Position numbers and translations under genes: made by a program. From positions 8,289 through 72,288 of IMG/VR virus record IMGVR_UViG_3300010371_000036: a stretch of DNA of 64,000 nucleotides; one strand, given 5' to 3'. The DNA is from a virus. The notes beneath the pieces are model-generated. The model ran no database searches and had not been told where the DNA came from. It saw only the letters and a list, made by a program, of their open reading frames with translations. Positions within the stretch are counted from its first letter, which is position 1. Each line of letters starts with the position of its first letter. Below, piece after piece: positions 24,453-33,327 of this stretch.

Positions 24453-27400
24453 TCAGCGAAGCCCGAACGCCTTCGCGGCGCGCACCGGGTCGAACACCGC
24501 CACCTCCGCCCCGCCGGCGAGGAGGCGGTCCTCCTCCGTGATGACGGAACCCGGGTTCCGTCCGGCCGCGAACGCGTCGAGTTCGACCGCATCGGCGACC
24601 CGCGTCGCTTCCGCGATCGCGTCGATCGCCGCATAGTCCCCCCACCCGGCCGCGGAGAGCGCAGCCTGGATCTCGTCCTCGGCGTCCGCCTGCTCCCGGT
24701 CCGCCTCCGCCTGGAGGACCCCCGGGAAGACGCTGAGGAAGGGGCTCCGCTCGACCGGGCGGACGCCCGTGCGCGTCGCCATCTCGTTCACGTAGGAGAC
24801 GACGAGGTGGTCGCGGGCGCGGGTCGCCGCGACGTACATCAGGCGGCGCTCCTCCTCGAGGTCCCCCTTCGCGTGCGGGAGGATCGTGTCGTTGCAGCCG
24901 ACGACCCAGACGACCGGCCACTCGAGGCCCTTCGACTTGTGGACCGACATCATCGTGACGCACCTATCGCCGCGCTTGCGCTTGTTCAGCTCCGCCTCCC
25001 GGACCTGGACCTCGACGAAGTCGAGGAACTCCGGGACGGACTCGAAGGAGCCGGCGACGCGCTGGAGCTCCCGGACGTTCGCGCCGTGGCTCCCCTCGAT
25101 CGACTCCTCGCCCTCCTCCTTCTCGAGCCACGCGACGTAGTTCGTCCGCCGGACGAGCCGGTCGAGGACCTCCGCCGCCGTCGCCTTCCGCGTCCGCTTC
25201 GGGAAGACGCACTCGTGCTCGACGCAGCCGCAGCAACCGGACTCGCAGCCGCAGACCGAGCAGGCGGGCGGGGGCTGGTCCGGCAGGGTCTCGCCGACCG
25301 GTAGCCCGTTCTCGACGAGGTCGGAGACCATCTCGAGGAGCTCGACCCACTCCCGGACGCTCTCCCTCTGCCGCTGCTGGATCCCCGCCTGCTGCGCGGC
25401 GATCTTCGTCACGTCGGTCCAGGGGAGCGCCGCGCCGTACTGCTCGCGGACGGCCATCACCTTCTCGACGAACCGCGCGCCGAGGAACCGGAACGGCGCG
25501 TTGATGCAGCGCTTGACCGCGTCGCCGTCCTTGTCGCGCCCCGTCGCGAGCCGGAGGTACGCGAGGAGGTCCTTCACCTCCTTGCGCTCGTAGAAGTTCA
25601 CGCCGCCGATGAGCACGTAGGGGATCTTCGCGCGGAGGAGCGCCTCCTCGAGGGCGCGGCTCTGGGCGTTCAGCCGGAAGAGGGCCGTCACGTCGGCGAG
25701 GGACGCCCCCTCCGCCTGCCGGCGCCGGCAGAACTCGACGAGCTCCTCGGCCTCGTCGTCGAGCGTGTCCGCATTGACGACTTCGACCCGGCCCTCGACC
25801 CCGCGCTCGGCGCTCATGTCCTCCGGGAGCCGGTGCTTGCCCTGCCGGATGACGTCGTTCGCCACGCGAACGATCGCGTCGCCGGAGCGGTAGTTCCGCT
25901 TCATCGTCACGATCTTCGCGCCCGGCCACGCCGTCGCGAAGTCGGTGAGGTACTTCGGGTCGCTCCCCCGGAAGGCGAAGATCGACTGCCCCGGGTCGCC
26001 GACGATCATGTAGTTCCGGTGGTCGCGGGCGAGGAAGGACGCGATCATGATCTGGATCGGGTTCGCGTCCTGCGCCTCGTCCTGGAGCACGTAGTCGAAC
26101 TTCGCCGCCCAGCTCGCGCGCACGTCCTCGCGCTCGGAGAAGAGGCGGACGACGTACATCAGCATGTTGTCGAACGTGAGGAGCTGCGCCCCCTCGATGA
26201 GCTCCTCCGACTTCGCGTAGACGTTCACGGCCTTCTGGGCCGCCGGGCCGAACTTCCTCCGCGCGAGCTCGAGGGCCCGCGGGTCCGAGGGCCAGAAGTA
26301 GTTCGCCTTACAGACCGTGATGAAGGACCGGACCTTCGTCGCGTCCATGCCCTTCCAGTTCTCGTACTCGTAACCGCCGGCGCGCTTGACGAGGGTCTCT
26401 GCCTGCTTCTTCTCGTCGACCTTCCAGCGACCGTACGGCGTCCCCTCCTCGCGGAGGACGCGGGAACAGAACGCGTGCCACGTCTTCACCTCGGCGCCGC
26501 CGACGCCGAGCTGGCGGATCCGCGCGTCCATCTCGGCGGCGCCCGGGCGGGAGAAGGTCACGCAGAAGATCCGGTCGGCGGAGACGCCGACGTGCTCGAT
26601 CAGGCGGACGACCCGGTGGACCAGGGCGCGCGTCTTCCCACTGTTGTGCGTCACCGTGAAGTCGCCGAGGAGGTAGCGCTGATCGCCGTCGAGCTGAAAG
26701 CCGTAGTAGTCCTCGACGCCGAGAGTCTCGAGCGAGAACCCGGTCCGGAGGACGTTCTTCACCTGCCGGCGCGGGCCCGCCTTCTTCCGCGGGATCCGGC
26801 AGGGGATCTGCTCGACCTCGCCGGAGATGCTCACGCGCCAGTACGTCCCGCCCTGACCGTTCTGGTCCCACTTCTCGCACGGCGAGACGTACGCCGCGAG
26901 ACCGAGACTCCGGGCGACGAAGGCGACGCCATGCGCGAGGTCCGGCGACTTCGAGATGAAGTCGTAGCACCCACCCGAGAGGCTCCCGTCCGTATCGAGG
27001 ATCCCGGCGAGGAGTCGGATCCGCGCCGCCGAGCACGCCGTCAGGTACGCCTCCGGAATGAAGCGCGTCCCGCTCGTCGTCCCGAAGAGACCGAGGCGGC
27101 GGAGCGCCATCACGAGCGCGTTATGGTGTCGAGCCTTCCCCTTGTTCGACCCGGCCGAGAGGCAGTAGGTCGCGCTCGTCCCCTCGCCGTCCTTCCGGAC
27201 GGCCAGACCGAAGACCCCCGCCTGGCGGTAGACCTCGTCGACGATCTCCTGGTCCGGCTTCGAGACGCCGACCGAGCACTGCATCGTCCCGTCGCCGAGG
27301 AGGACGCCGAGGAAGTACGGGTCGATCGGGAGCTCCCAGCCGGAGCCGCGATCGAACTCGACGCGACTCGCGCGGAGGAGCTTCCACTCCTTCCGCTTCG

Positions 27401-27809
27401 GGAGTGACCCGACGTCGCGGACCTCGACGTCGCGAACCTCACCGCTCACCGAGTGGACGACCGTCAGGAGGTGCCCCGCGTTCACGACGAACGGAGCGCC
27501 CTTCACCGGGACGACCCGGACCATCCGCTCGCGACCCCGCGCGAGGGCGAGGACCCGGCGCGGCTTGCTGTCCGGCCCGAGGAGGAGATCCCCGACGCGA
27601 ACGTCCTCGACGGCGCGGCGGGTCCCATCCAGCATCAGGACGAGCTGTCCCGCGCGATGGCAGCCCGCACCGGCGTAGACGCCGATCGGCCCGCCCTCGT
27701 GGCGGATCACCTCGAGCTGCTCGGCGTTCATGTTCCGCTCCCAGACCGGGAGCTCGTCGCCGGGGGCGGGGAGGAGGACCTGCGCCGAGGCGCGCTCGCG
27801 ACGGGCCAT
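24453..27809 (-). CDS. UvrD/PcrA SF1 helicase containing an intein
   Basis: AGAG|SGKT, VTF, TWHAF, DEAQD, VGDPGQSIFAFRG, NYRS, R.NAQS, SVHKSKGLEW, EERRLMYVAATRA. ATG 27809 (TGATG overlap). Confidence 0.95.
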   Translation of the reverse strand: MARRERASAQVLLPAPGDELPVWERNMNAEQLEVIRHEGGPIGVYAGAGCHRAGQLVLMLDGTRRAVEDVRVGDLLLGPDSKPRRVLALARGRERMVRVVPVKGAPFVVNAGHLLTVVHSVSGEVRDVEVRDVGSLPKRKEWKLLRASRVEFDRGSGWELPIDPYFLGVLLGDGTMQCSVGVSKPDQEIVDEVYRQAGVFGLAVRKDGEGTSATYCLSAGSNKGKARHHNALVMALRRLGLFGTTSGTRFIPEAYLTACSAARIRLLAGILDTDGSLSGGCYDFISKSPDLAHGVAFVARSLGLAAYVSPCEKWDQNGQGGTYWRVSISGEVEQIPCRIPRKKAGPRRQVKNVLRTGFSLETLGVEDYYGFQLDGDQRYLLGDFTVTHNSGKTRALVHRVVRLIEHVGVSADRIFCVTFSRPGAAEMDARIRQLGVGGAEVKTWHAFCSRVLREEGTPYGRWKVDEKKQAETLVKRAGGYEYENWKGMDATKVRSFITVCKANYFWPSDPRALELARRKFGPAAQKAVNVYAKSEELIEGAQLLTFDNMLMYVVRLFSEREDVRASWAAKFDYVLQDEAQDANPIQIMIASFLARDHRNYMIVGDPGQSIFAFRGSDPKYLTDFATAWPGAKIVTMKRNYRSGDAIVRVANDVIRQGKHRLPEDMSAERGVEGRVEVVNADTLDDEAEELVEFCRRRQAEGASLADVTALFRLNAQSRALEEALLRAKIPYVLIGGVNFYERKEVKDLLAYLRLATGRDKDGDAVKRCINAPFRFLGARFVEKVMAVREQYGAALPWTDVTKIAAQQAGIQQRQRESVREWVELLEMVSDLVENGLPVGETLPDQPPPACSVCGCESGCCGCVEHECVFPKRTRKATAAEVLDRLVRRTNYVAWLEKEEGEESIEGSHGANVRELQRVAGSFESVPEFLDFVEVQVREAELNKRKRGDRCVTMMSVHKSKGLEWPVVWVVGCNDTILPHAKGDLEEERRLMYVAATRARDHLVVSYVNEMATRTGVRPVERSPFLSVFPGVLQAEADREQADAEDEIQAALSAAGWGDYAAIDAIAEATRVADAVELDAFAAGRNPGSVITEEDRLLAGGAEVAVFDPVRAAKAFGLR
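24542..24563. repeat. 22-bp palindrome copy 5 (in UvrD C-terminal tail, 1 mismatch)
   Basis: TGACGGAACCCGGGTTCCGTCC; read as GRNPGSV. Confidence 0.9.
26643..27662 (-). mobile_element. intein (340 aa) with LAGLIDADG homing endonuclease in UvrD Walker A
   Basis: Begins CHRAGQLVLMLDG and ends FTVTHN|S; LGVLLGDG and LAGILDTDG motifs. Confidence 0.92.
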
Positions 27810-28084
27810 CAGACGGCCACCCGGTTCACACGCTCGCCACGCTCGAGCGGGTTCGGCATCTCGACGACCTCGAACTCGTAAGCCACGACCGTTCCGCTCT
27901 CCTTCTCCGCCAGACCGTCCGCCCGCGTCCTGTCCGCGTTCGTCTCGATCGCGACCTTCACCGTGTACTCGACGAGCCCCGGGTATCCCGCGAGCAGACC
28001 CGCGTCGTCGCACGAGAACATGAACGCCCAGGCCGCGTCCCGCGACCCGAACCGATACGTCGCCCGATCGACTCTCGTTCCCAT
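27809..28084 (-). CDS. hypothetical early protein (MGTRVDR...)
   Basis: Follows the conserved leader GGAGGTTAGGGAG. Confidence 0.6.
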   Translation of the reverse strand: MGTRVDRATYRFGSRDAAWAFMFSCDDAGLLAGYPGLVEYTVKVAIETNADRTRADGLAEKESGTVVAYEFEVVEMPNPLERGERVNRVAV

Positions 28085-28155
28085 CTCCCTAACCTCCACC
28101 CGGACGCGCGGTCCGGACAAGACTCATCCTAGCCGTTTGGACAATGGTGTCCAAA
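28085..28155 (-). promoter_or_regulatory. putative early promoter 2 with operator (28136-28155) and leader
   Basis: TTTGGACA-ATGG-TGTCCAAA; minus strand TTGGAC-17-TAGGAT. Confidence 0.75.
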
Positions 28156-28216
28156 GAAAAGCGCCGACCCCCGTCCGATTCTCACGCTCGCGCGGGAAAA
28201 CCCGGGGGTCGGCGCC
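28156..28216 (-). terminator. intrinsic terminator
   Basis: Minus strand GCGCCGACCCCCG...CGGGGGTCGGCGC-TTTTCTTT. Confidence 0.6.
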
Positions 28217-28238
28217 GGACGGAACCCGGGTTCCGTCC
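28217..28238. repeat. 22-bp palindrome copy 6 (abuts TAG stop)
   Basis: Perfect copy. Confidence 0.95.
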
Positions 28239-28393
28239 TACTGGCACTGCCGCGTCTCGCGGTCGATCGCGTGCCCGGAGTGGCGGAGGCAGTCCTCCTC
28301 CTCCTGCCGGGCGTACTCCTCGCACGCGTAGACGAGGAGGGCGAGGCAGACGATCCAGCGGAAGACCGGCCGGCGCTTCGGAGGCGCGCTCAC
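28238..28393 (-). CDS. small membrane protein
   Basis: GTG 28393; TM segment WIVCLALLVYAC. Confidence 0.5.
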   Translation of the reverse strand: MSAPPKRRPVFRWIVCLALLVYACEEYARQEEEDCLRHSGHAIDRETRQCQ

Positions 28394-28617
28394 GAGAACA
28401 CCCCGCCCGCAAACTCGGCGAGCTCCGAAAAGAGCTCCTGGACGCTCTCCTCCGCCCGGAGGTCCCCCTCCGCCTCCTCGACCGTCCGGCGCGAGCCCGG
28501 GCAGGTCCCGAGCTCGTCGTCGTGGGCGAGAAACCGGTACTGCTTGTCCCGCCCCTTCGCGAGCGCCTCGACCTTCTCGCAGCGCGGGCAGAGCGCCGTC
28601 GGGTTCTTGCACCTCAC
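28390..28617 (-). CDS. small Cys-rich hypothetical protein
   Basis: CPRC...H...CPGS; coupled. Confidence 0.55.
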   Translation of the reverse strand: MRCKNPTALCPRCEKVEALAKGRDKQYRFLAHDDELGTCPGSRRTVEEAEGDLRAEESVQELFSELAEFAGGVFS

Positions 28618-29024
28618 GGCGTCACCGGGAGGCGGACGGGGAGACCGGCGAGATTCGAGAACTCCTCGAGGTAGATCCCCGCGTAGCGGAGACTCGATTC
28701 GAAGAAGTCCGCCGCCCGCTCAACGGCGACGCGCATCGCCTCATGACGATCTTTCACCCTGATCGCGCGCATCGCGAACTCCGAGCCCTGCTCGTACGAA
28801 AACTCCTCAGGGAAGTTGAACTTCCGCTCGATCATCCCCTCGCAGACGTCGACCACGTGCTCGACGATGAGGAACCGGTCGAAGGGCCCCTTCTCCGCGT
28901 ACCACGCCGTCGTCCGCGCGAAGGACCGGTCGACGATCCCGTCCCAGCCCCCGCGGCCGTCCGAGGGCGCGTTCCTCGTGCCGACCTCGAAGACGACGTC
29001 CCGCTGCTCGTAGAAGACGCTCAC
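28614..29024 (-). CDS. hypothetical protein
   Basis: GTGA-coupled ORF. Confidence 0.55.
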   Translation of the reverse strand: MSVFYEQRDVVFEVGTRNAPSDGRGGWDGIVDRSFARTTAWYAEKGPFDRFLIVEHVVDVCEGMIERKFNFPEEFSYEQGSEFAMRAIRVKDRHEAMRVAVERAADFFESSLRYAGIYLEEFSNLAGLPVRLPVTP

Positions 29025-29263
29025 GGCGCGGTCTCCGGCTCGAGGTCGTGCCGCTCGAAGTGGAAGCGCTCGACCGGGAGCGCGTGCGAATGCCACGGCT
29101 TCGCCGGCTCGTCGAACTCGACCAGCCACTCGCCGGAGAGCGACTTCCGGATGACCGTCCCGACCTTCCCGTCGAGCGCCTGCGCCGCGCCGGTCGCGTA
29201 GCTCTCCGGGCTCGTGATCTTCACGCGGACCCGCGTCCCGGGCCCCAGTATCTTCTCGTCCAT
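29021..29263 (-). CDS. small SH3/KOW-like hypothetical protein
   Basis: PGTRVRV...GKVGTVI...WLVEFD pattern. Confidence 0.55.
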   Translation of the reverse strand: MDEKILGPGTRVRVKITSPESYATGAAQALDGKVGTVIRKSLSGEWLVEFDEPAKPWHSHALPVERFHFERHDLEPETAP

Positions 29264-29526
29264 CACTGACCTCCCTTCCTCCGAAACACCGCGTCGTGCC
29301 ACACGATACCCGCCCGCGTTGGCGCCCCGTCGTAATGCCGAGCGAACCCGACCCGTTCGAGCGCCCCGACCACCCGAGCCCTGAGCTCCGGGTGAGTACG
29401 GACGCCCTCCGCGTACTCCCCGGCCGCCCGGTCCCCGCGCCCTTCCTCGACGACGGCGGCGAGGTAGCGGACCTCGGCGGCGCTCAGCCGGACCTCCCGC
29501 GGATCCAGCGCATATTCATTCGCCAT
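29263..29526 (-). CDS. hypothetical protein
   Basis: Coupled ORF. Confidence 0.55.
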   Translation of the reverse strand: MANEYALDPREVRLSAAEVRYLAAVVEEGRGDRAAGEYAEGVRTHPELRARVVGALERVGFARHYDGAPTRAGIVWHDAVFRRKGGQ

Positions 29527-29528
29527 CG

Positions 29529-29783
29529 TCAGGCCCCGCCCATCTCGAGGACCCAGGCGACGGCCTCCTCGCGCGTGTAGCCGGAGTCCTCGACCAGGCT
29601 CCGGACCTCCCGGCGCTGCTCCGCCGTCAACCGCGGGAGGCGCGTCGAGCGCATCGCGCGGGCCGCGTCCCGGACGCTCGCCCCCGACGCCTTCGCCTCC
29701 GCGAACCGCTCGAGGGTCGCCTCGAGCTCCGTCTCCGTCCGCGAAGCGAACCGACCGCTCCGCACTCGCCGTACGTTCTCCAT
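29529..29783 (-). CDS. hypothetical early protein
   Basis: Follows the conserved leader. Confidence 0.6.
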   Translation of the reverse strand: MENVRRVRSGRFASRTETELEATLERFAEAKASGASVRDAARAMRSTRLPRLTAEQRREVRSLVEDSGYTREEAVAWVLEMGGA

Positions 29784-29855
29784 CTCCCTAACCCTCCGCC
29801 GAGACGCGCGGTCCCGGTAAAGACAACCCTACCAGTTTGGACACCATTGTCCAAA
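29784..29855 (-). promoter_or_regulatory. putative early promoter 3 with operator (29836-29855) and leader
   Basis: TTTGGACA-CCAT-TGTCCAAA; TTGGAC-17-TAGGGT. Confidence 0.75.
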
Positions 29856-29873
29856 AGAATCGCACGCCGGCCG

Positions 29874-29904
29874 AAAAAAAGGAGCCCCGGTCTCCCGGAG
29901 CTCC
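29874..29904 (-). terminator. intrinsic terminator
   Basis: Minus strand GGAGCTCCGG-GAGA-CCGGGGCTCC-TTTTTTT. Confidence 0.8.
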
Positions 29905-29910
29905 CCTCGA

Positions 29911-29948
29911 GTCGTCTAGGACCGAACCCGGGTTCCGTCCTAGACGAC
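29911..29948. repeat. 22-bp palindrome copy 7 (29919-29940, 1 mismatch) extended by GTCGTCTA/TAGACGAC arms
   Basis: GTCGTCTAGGACCGAACCCGGGTTCCGTCCTAGACGAC. Confidence 0.9.
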
Positions 29949-29974
29949 GTCCTTCGCGGCGCGCGGCTTGTAGC

Positions 29975-30178
29975 TCATCGCCCGCCGTACTCTTCGAGGT
30001 CCTCGCGGATACCCTTGAGGACCTCGTTATTCATCGCCTCCGCGACGATCTCGCGGACGCCGGGGATCGCGAGGATCGACTCGGCGCTCATCTCGCTCAC
30101 GAGCTCCTCGAGCTTCTCGTCGAAGAGCTCCTGCGAGATCTCGACCTCCACCTTCCGCACCTTCTTAGCCGCCGTCAC
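29975..30178 (-). CDS. small acidic hypothetical protein
   Basis: GTGA-coupled. Confidence 0.55.
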   Translation of the reverse strand: MTAAKKVRKVEVEISQELFDEKLEELVSEMSAESILAIPGVREIVAEAMNNEVLKGIREDLEEYGGR

Positions 30179-30507
30179 GGTCCGCACCAGATCGAGAACC
30201 CCGTCGACGCCTCGTACTGCTCCTCGACGCAGCCGGGGAGGTCCGCCATCCCGCGCCCGGGCGGGCAGCGGTACTCGAGCGAGTGCCACCCCGACGCGTC
30301 GGTCCAGCCCCGCGCGACGAGGTCGTGCTCGCAGAGGCTGCCGACAAAGGTCGCGCAGCCGTCGCCGGCCCGAGGGCCGGAGATCCCCCCGACGTTCGCC
30401 CAGGACGCGTCTTCGGGGACCGGGGGGCCTCCGGGGCGGGGGTCCCAGTCCGGGACGCACCAGCAGCCCGCTAGGGCCCCCAGCAGGGCGAGGAGGGCGG
30501 GCCTCAC
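30175..30507 (-). CDS. Cys-rich putative lipoprotein
   Basis: VRPALLALLGALAGC lipobox. Confidence 0.55.
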   Translation of the reverse strand: MRPALLALLGALAGCWCVPDWDPRPGGPPVPEDASWANVGGISGPRAGDGCATFVGSLCEHDLVARGWTDASGWHSLEYRCPPGRGMADLPGCVEEQYEASTGFSIWCGP

Positions 30508-30908
30508 GCCGGCTCCGGGGCGCCGTCGTCGAGGGAGACCTCGACGACCTGGGCCTCGACGCACTCGTTCATCACGACCTGGGGGTCCCGGGTCGTCGCG
30601 GTCTTGTAGAGGCGCTCGAAGACCTTCAGCGTCGCGTCGTAGACCGCGGCGTCGCGCTCGATGTCCCGGAGGGTGCTCCAGCCGGTCGGCGGGTCAGGGA
30701 TCGAGAGCCGGTTCTCGGAGAGCGTCTTCGCGAAGTTCTCGAAGCGCATCGCCATCCGCATGGCGTTGTCCTCGAGCCGCTCCCGGAGGGAGTCGAGGTC
30801 CTCGGCCATCCGGGCGAGCTCGTAGAGCACCGGGTCCTTCGCCTTCGCGGCCCAGAGCGCCTCCGGGCTCGAGAAGGCAGCCGTCACGAGCGTCTCGAAC
30901 TTGATCAT
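30504..30908 (-). CDS. hypothetical early protein (MIKFETL...)
   Basis: Follows a variant of the conserved leader. Confidence 0.6.
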   Translation of the reverse strand: MIKFETLVTAAFSSPEALWAAKAKDPVLYELARMAEDLDSLRERLEDNAMRMAMRFENFAKTLSENRLSIPDPPTGWSTLRDIERDAAVYDATLKVFERLYKTATTRDPQVVMNECVEAQVVEVSLDDGAPEPA

Positions 30909-30979
30909 CGTCGAATCCTCCACCCGGGCGCGCAGCCCGAACAAGACTCACTCTAGCCGTTTGGACATCATTGTCCAAG
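30909..30979 (-). promoter_or_regulatory. putative early promoter 4 with operator (30960-30979) and leader
   Basis: TTTGGACA-TCAT-TGTCCAAG; TTGGAC-17-TAGAGT. Confidence 0.75.
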
Positions 30980-30996
30980 ACAATCGCACGCGGGCC

Positions 30997-31037
30997 AAAA
31001 AAAAACGCGCCCACCCCGGTCTCCCGGAGGGGCGCGT
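30997..31037 (-). terminator. intrinsic terminator
   Basis: Minus strand ACGCGCCCCTCCGG-GAGA-CCGGGGTGGGCGCG-T9. Confidence 0.8.
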
Positions 31038-31040
31038 CTC

Positions 31041-31062
31041 GGACGGAACCCGGGTTCCGTCC
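31041..31062. repeat. 22-bp palindrome copy 8 (abuts TAG stop)
   Basis: Perfect copy. Confidence 0.95.
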
Positions 31063-31277
31063 TAGGTCGAGGAGGTGTTCTCGGGGCGGCAGGCCATCGC
31101 CTTCTTCGCGAAGAAGCTCGCCTCCTCGAGCTTCGTCTTGGCGATCGACATCTCCCGGCTCGGGCCCGGCGCGATGTCCTCGAGCTCCGTGAGGAGCTGG
31201 TCGAAGGCGGACGCGATCCGGGCGGCCTTCGCCTTCCCGGACTCGTTGAGCATGTGGACGGTGAACTCGTTGTGCAT
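31062..31277 (-). CDS. Acb2/Tad1-hairpin-like small protein
   Basis: SREMSIAKTKLEEASFFAKKAMA resembles the RE.SLA.TKLEEA..WA..AIA helix of Acb2/Tad1-like proteins. Confidence 0.55.
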   Translation of the reverse strand: MHNEFTVHMLNESGKAKAARIASAFDQLLTELEDIAPGPSREMSIAKTKLEEASFFAKKAMACRPENTSST

Positions 31278-31298
31278 GGCCGGCGGGGATGCCGCGGG

Positions 31299-31811
31299 TC
31301 AGGCGACGAGGGCAGCGGAGATCTGCCGCGCGACGCTCTCGAGGCGGATGAGGCGGCTCGTCGTCCTCCGGCTCCGCGCGACGTGCTCGCCGAGGAGCTG
31401 GGCGAAGAGGCGCGGCAGGTGCTCGACGTCCTCGACGAGGAGGTCGCCGTCCTCGGCCCAGCGGGTCTGAACGACGACGCGCCCGGCGCGGACGACCGTC
31501 TTCGCCATCTCGAGCCGCCCGCGCGACGTGACGACGAGGACCTCCCGGCCATCCCCGCCGCCGCGCGGCTCCGGGAGCGGCTCGTACGGCCGCCCCGCGT
31601 CCTTCGCCGCGAAGCAGCGGGCGCGCGCCGCCGGGTAGCCCGGGGCGACCTCGCGCAGGCCCTTCAGGGTCTCGCCGCCGAGGGCCTCGACGAGCGCGGT
31701 CTCCATCGCGCGGATGGCCGCGATCGCCTCCGCCCTCGCCGACTCCCGGGCCGCGAAGAGCTCGTCGCTTGCGAGGGCGACGTCTCCGAGGAGTTCGGGG
31801 ATCTGGCTCAT
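31299..31811 (-). CDS. hypothetical protein (MSQIPEL...)
   Basis: ATGA-coupled. Confidence 0.6.
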   Translation of the reverse strand: MSQIPELLGDVALASDELFAARESARAEAIAAIRAMETALVEALGGETLKGLREVAPGYPAARARCFAAKDAGRPYEPLPEPRGGGDGREVLVVTSRGRLEMAKTVVRAGRVVVQTRWAEDGDLLVEDVEHLPRLFAQLLGEHVARSRRTTSRLIRLESVARQISAALVA

Positions 31812-32026
31812 GGCTTCGTTTCCTTCTCCCGCACTTTCGCACGGATCTCCCTGGCGCGCCCGAGCAATTCCAGCCGGGTCAGCCAGCGGTCGAACGTCTT
31901 TCGCGACACGTTCACCTCCTTCGCCGCAGCGACCGTGTCTCCCTTGTGCCGTCGGAGCAGTTCCGCCAGTGTCTTTTTCGCCTCCTCGGGCTCGAGAGAG
32001 ACCATGGCGCCGAGCTGGGTAATCAC
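31808..32026 (-). CDS. Fis-type HTH DNA-binding protein
   Basis: LRRHKGDTVAAAKEVNVSRKTFDRWL. Confidence 0.7.
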   Translation of the reverse strand: MITQLGAMVSLEPEEAKKTLAELLRRHKGDTVAAAKEVNVSRKTFDRWLTRLELLGRAREIRAKVREKETKP

Positions 32027-32035
32027 GAGAGCCTC

Positions 32036-33067
32036 CTATGCCGCGCACCGGAATACCGCGTCCGCCAGCGCGACCTGTAGCGTCGCCGGGTCGGAGCGCC
32101 ACACGTCCGCCGCGTCCCACCCCGGCGGGAGCTCGAGGCGCGCGACCCGCGACTGGCGCCGGAGAGCCCGCTCGAGACCCGCCGCCGCCCGGTCGCCGGC
32201 CCCGTCCGGGTCGGTCGCGACGACGACGCGCGGGAAGGTCGCGAGCTTCATCAGCGTCCGGACGTCGATCGCCCCGCCCTCCGACTCGTCGAGGCCGCTC
32301 ATCCCCGCGTAGTCGATCGTCCGGTCCCCGAGCACCTCGCCGGCGCGGGAGACCGCGCGCTCGAGGGCAAGTCCGTTCAGCGCGCCCTCAAAGACGACGA
32401 CCACGTCCCGCAGGCTCGGGCGCCCGCGCTCGACCGGCGCCCAGCGGTGCTCGCCGAAGAGCGCGTTCTTGTCCGGCGACTCCCAGGAGCCGGCGGCGAG
32501 GTAGCGCTTCTCGTGGTCGACGAACGACCGCGCCGCGTAGTTCGCGAGCCGCCCGAGCCGGTCGTAGATCGGCAGGAAGACCCGCCCCTCGAGCCGGCCG
32601 ACGAGCGCGTAGCCGATCCGCCAGCGCCGGACCTGCTCGTCGGTGATCCCCCGACCGAGGACGTACTCGCGTGCGACCGAGTTCCAAGTCTCGAGCGGCG
32701 CGCCCTGCTTCTCCACGCCCTCCGGGAGCGTGATCGCCCCCGGGAGCCGCGCGAGCTCGGATCGGACGCGGAGGAAGGGCTCCTCCGGCTCCGCGTCCGC
32801 GACGTCGCGGACCCAGGCGAGCGCCTCCGCGAAGTCGACGCCCCGGAGGAGCATCGCTAACTCGACGAGGTTCCCGCCGCCCTTACACGAGAAGCAGTGG
32901 AAGCCGCTCCACACCCCGCGGTCGACGCGCGCGAAGAAGTTCTGCCAGGCGTGCGCCTCGTTGTGCCCGCCGTGCGTCGGGAGCGGGCAGCGCTCGGCCC
33001 AGACCCGCCCGCCCTGCCGCCGCGTCGCGACGCCGAGCTTCTCGAGTACGAGCTCCGACTTGCTCAC
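32036..33067 (-). CDS. DnaG-like primase
   Basis: CP..H...FHCFSC.GGN zinc finger, YV..RGI, GRVFLPI, VFEG, TOPRIM DPDGAG. GTG 33067. Confidence 0.85.
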   Translation of the reverse strand: MSKSELVLEKLGVATRRQGGRVWAERCPLPTHGGHNEAHAWQNFFARVDRGVWSGFHCFSCKGGGNLVELAMLLRGVDFAEALAWVRDVADAEPEEPFLRVRSELARLPGAITLPEGVEKQGAPLETWNSVAREYVLGRGITDEQVRRWRIGYALVGRLEGRVFLPIYDRLGRLANYAARSFVDHEKRYLAAGSWESPDKNALFGEHRWAPVERGRPSLRDVVVVFEGALNGLALERAVSRAGEVLGDRTIDYAGMSGLDESEGGAIDVRTLMKLATFPRVVVATDPDGAGDRAAAGLERALRRQSRVARLELPPGWDAADVWRSDPATLQVALADAVFRCAA

Positions 33068-33327
33068 CGGCCCCCCGGTCGAAAGAAGAGTCGGCAGCGC
33101 GCCGCGTACGCGATCTGCGAGAGCCGGTCCCGGTTCGAAGGCGGCTCCCCGAGGGCGACGTCCGATACGCGGACGACCCGGAGCTCGACGCCGTCGTTCG
33201 CGTACGGACCCTCCCACGAGACAGCGAGGAACTTCGGCCCGACGGCGAGCACGTACCCGGTCCTCACGCGGGCATCGAGGTCGCCCTCGACCCTCCAGAC
33301 AGCGTCACCAACTCGGAACTCGCTCAT
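33064..33327 (-). CDS. hypothetical protein
   Basis: Coupled between DnaB-like and DnaG-like genes. Confidence 0.55.
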   Translation of the reverse strand: MSEFRVGDAVWRVEGDLDARVRTGYVLAVGPKFLAVSWEGPYANDGVELRVVRVSDVALGEPPSNRDRLSQIAYAARCRLFFRPGGR

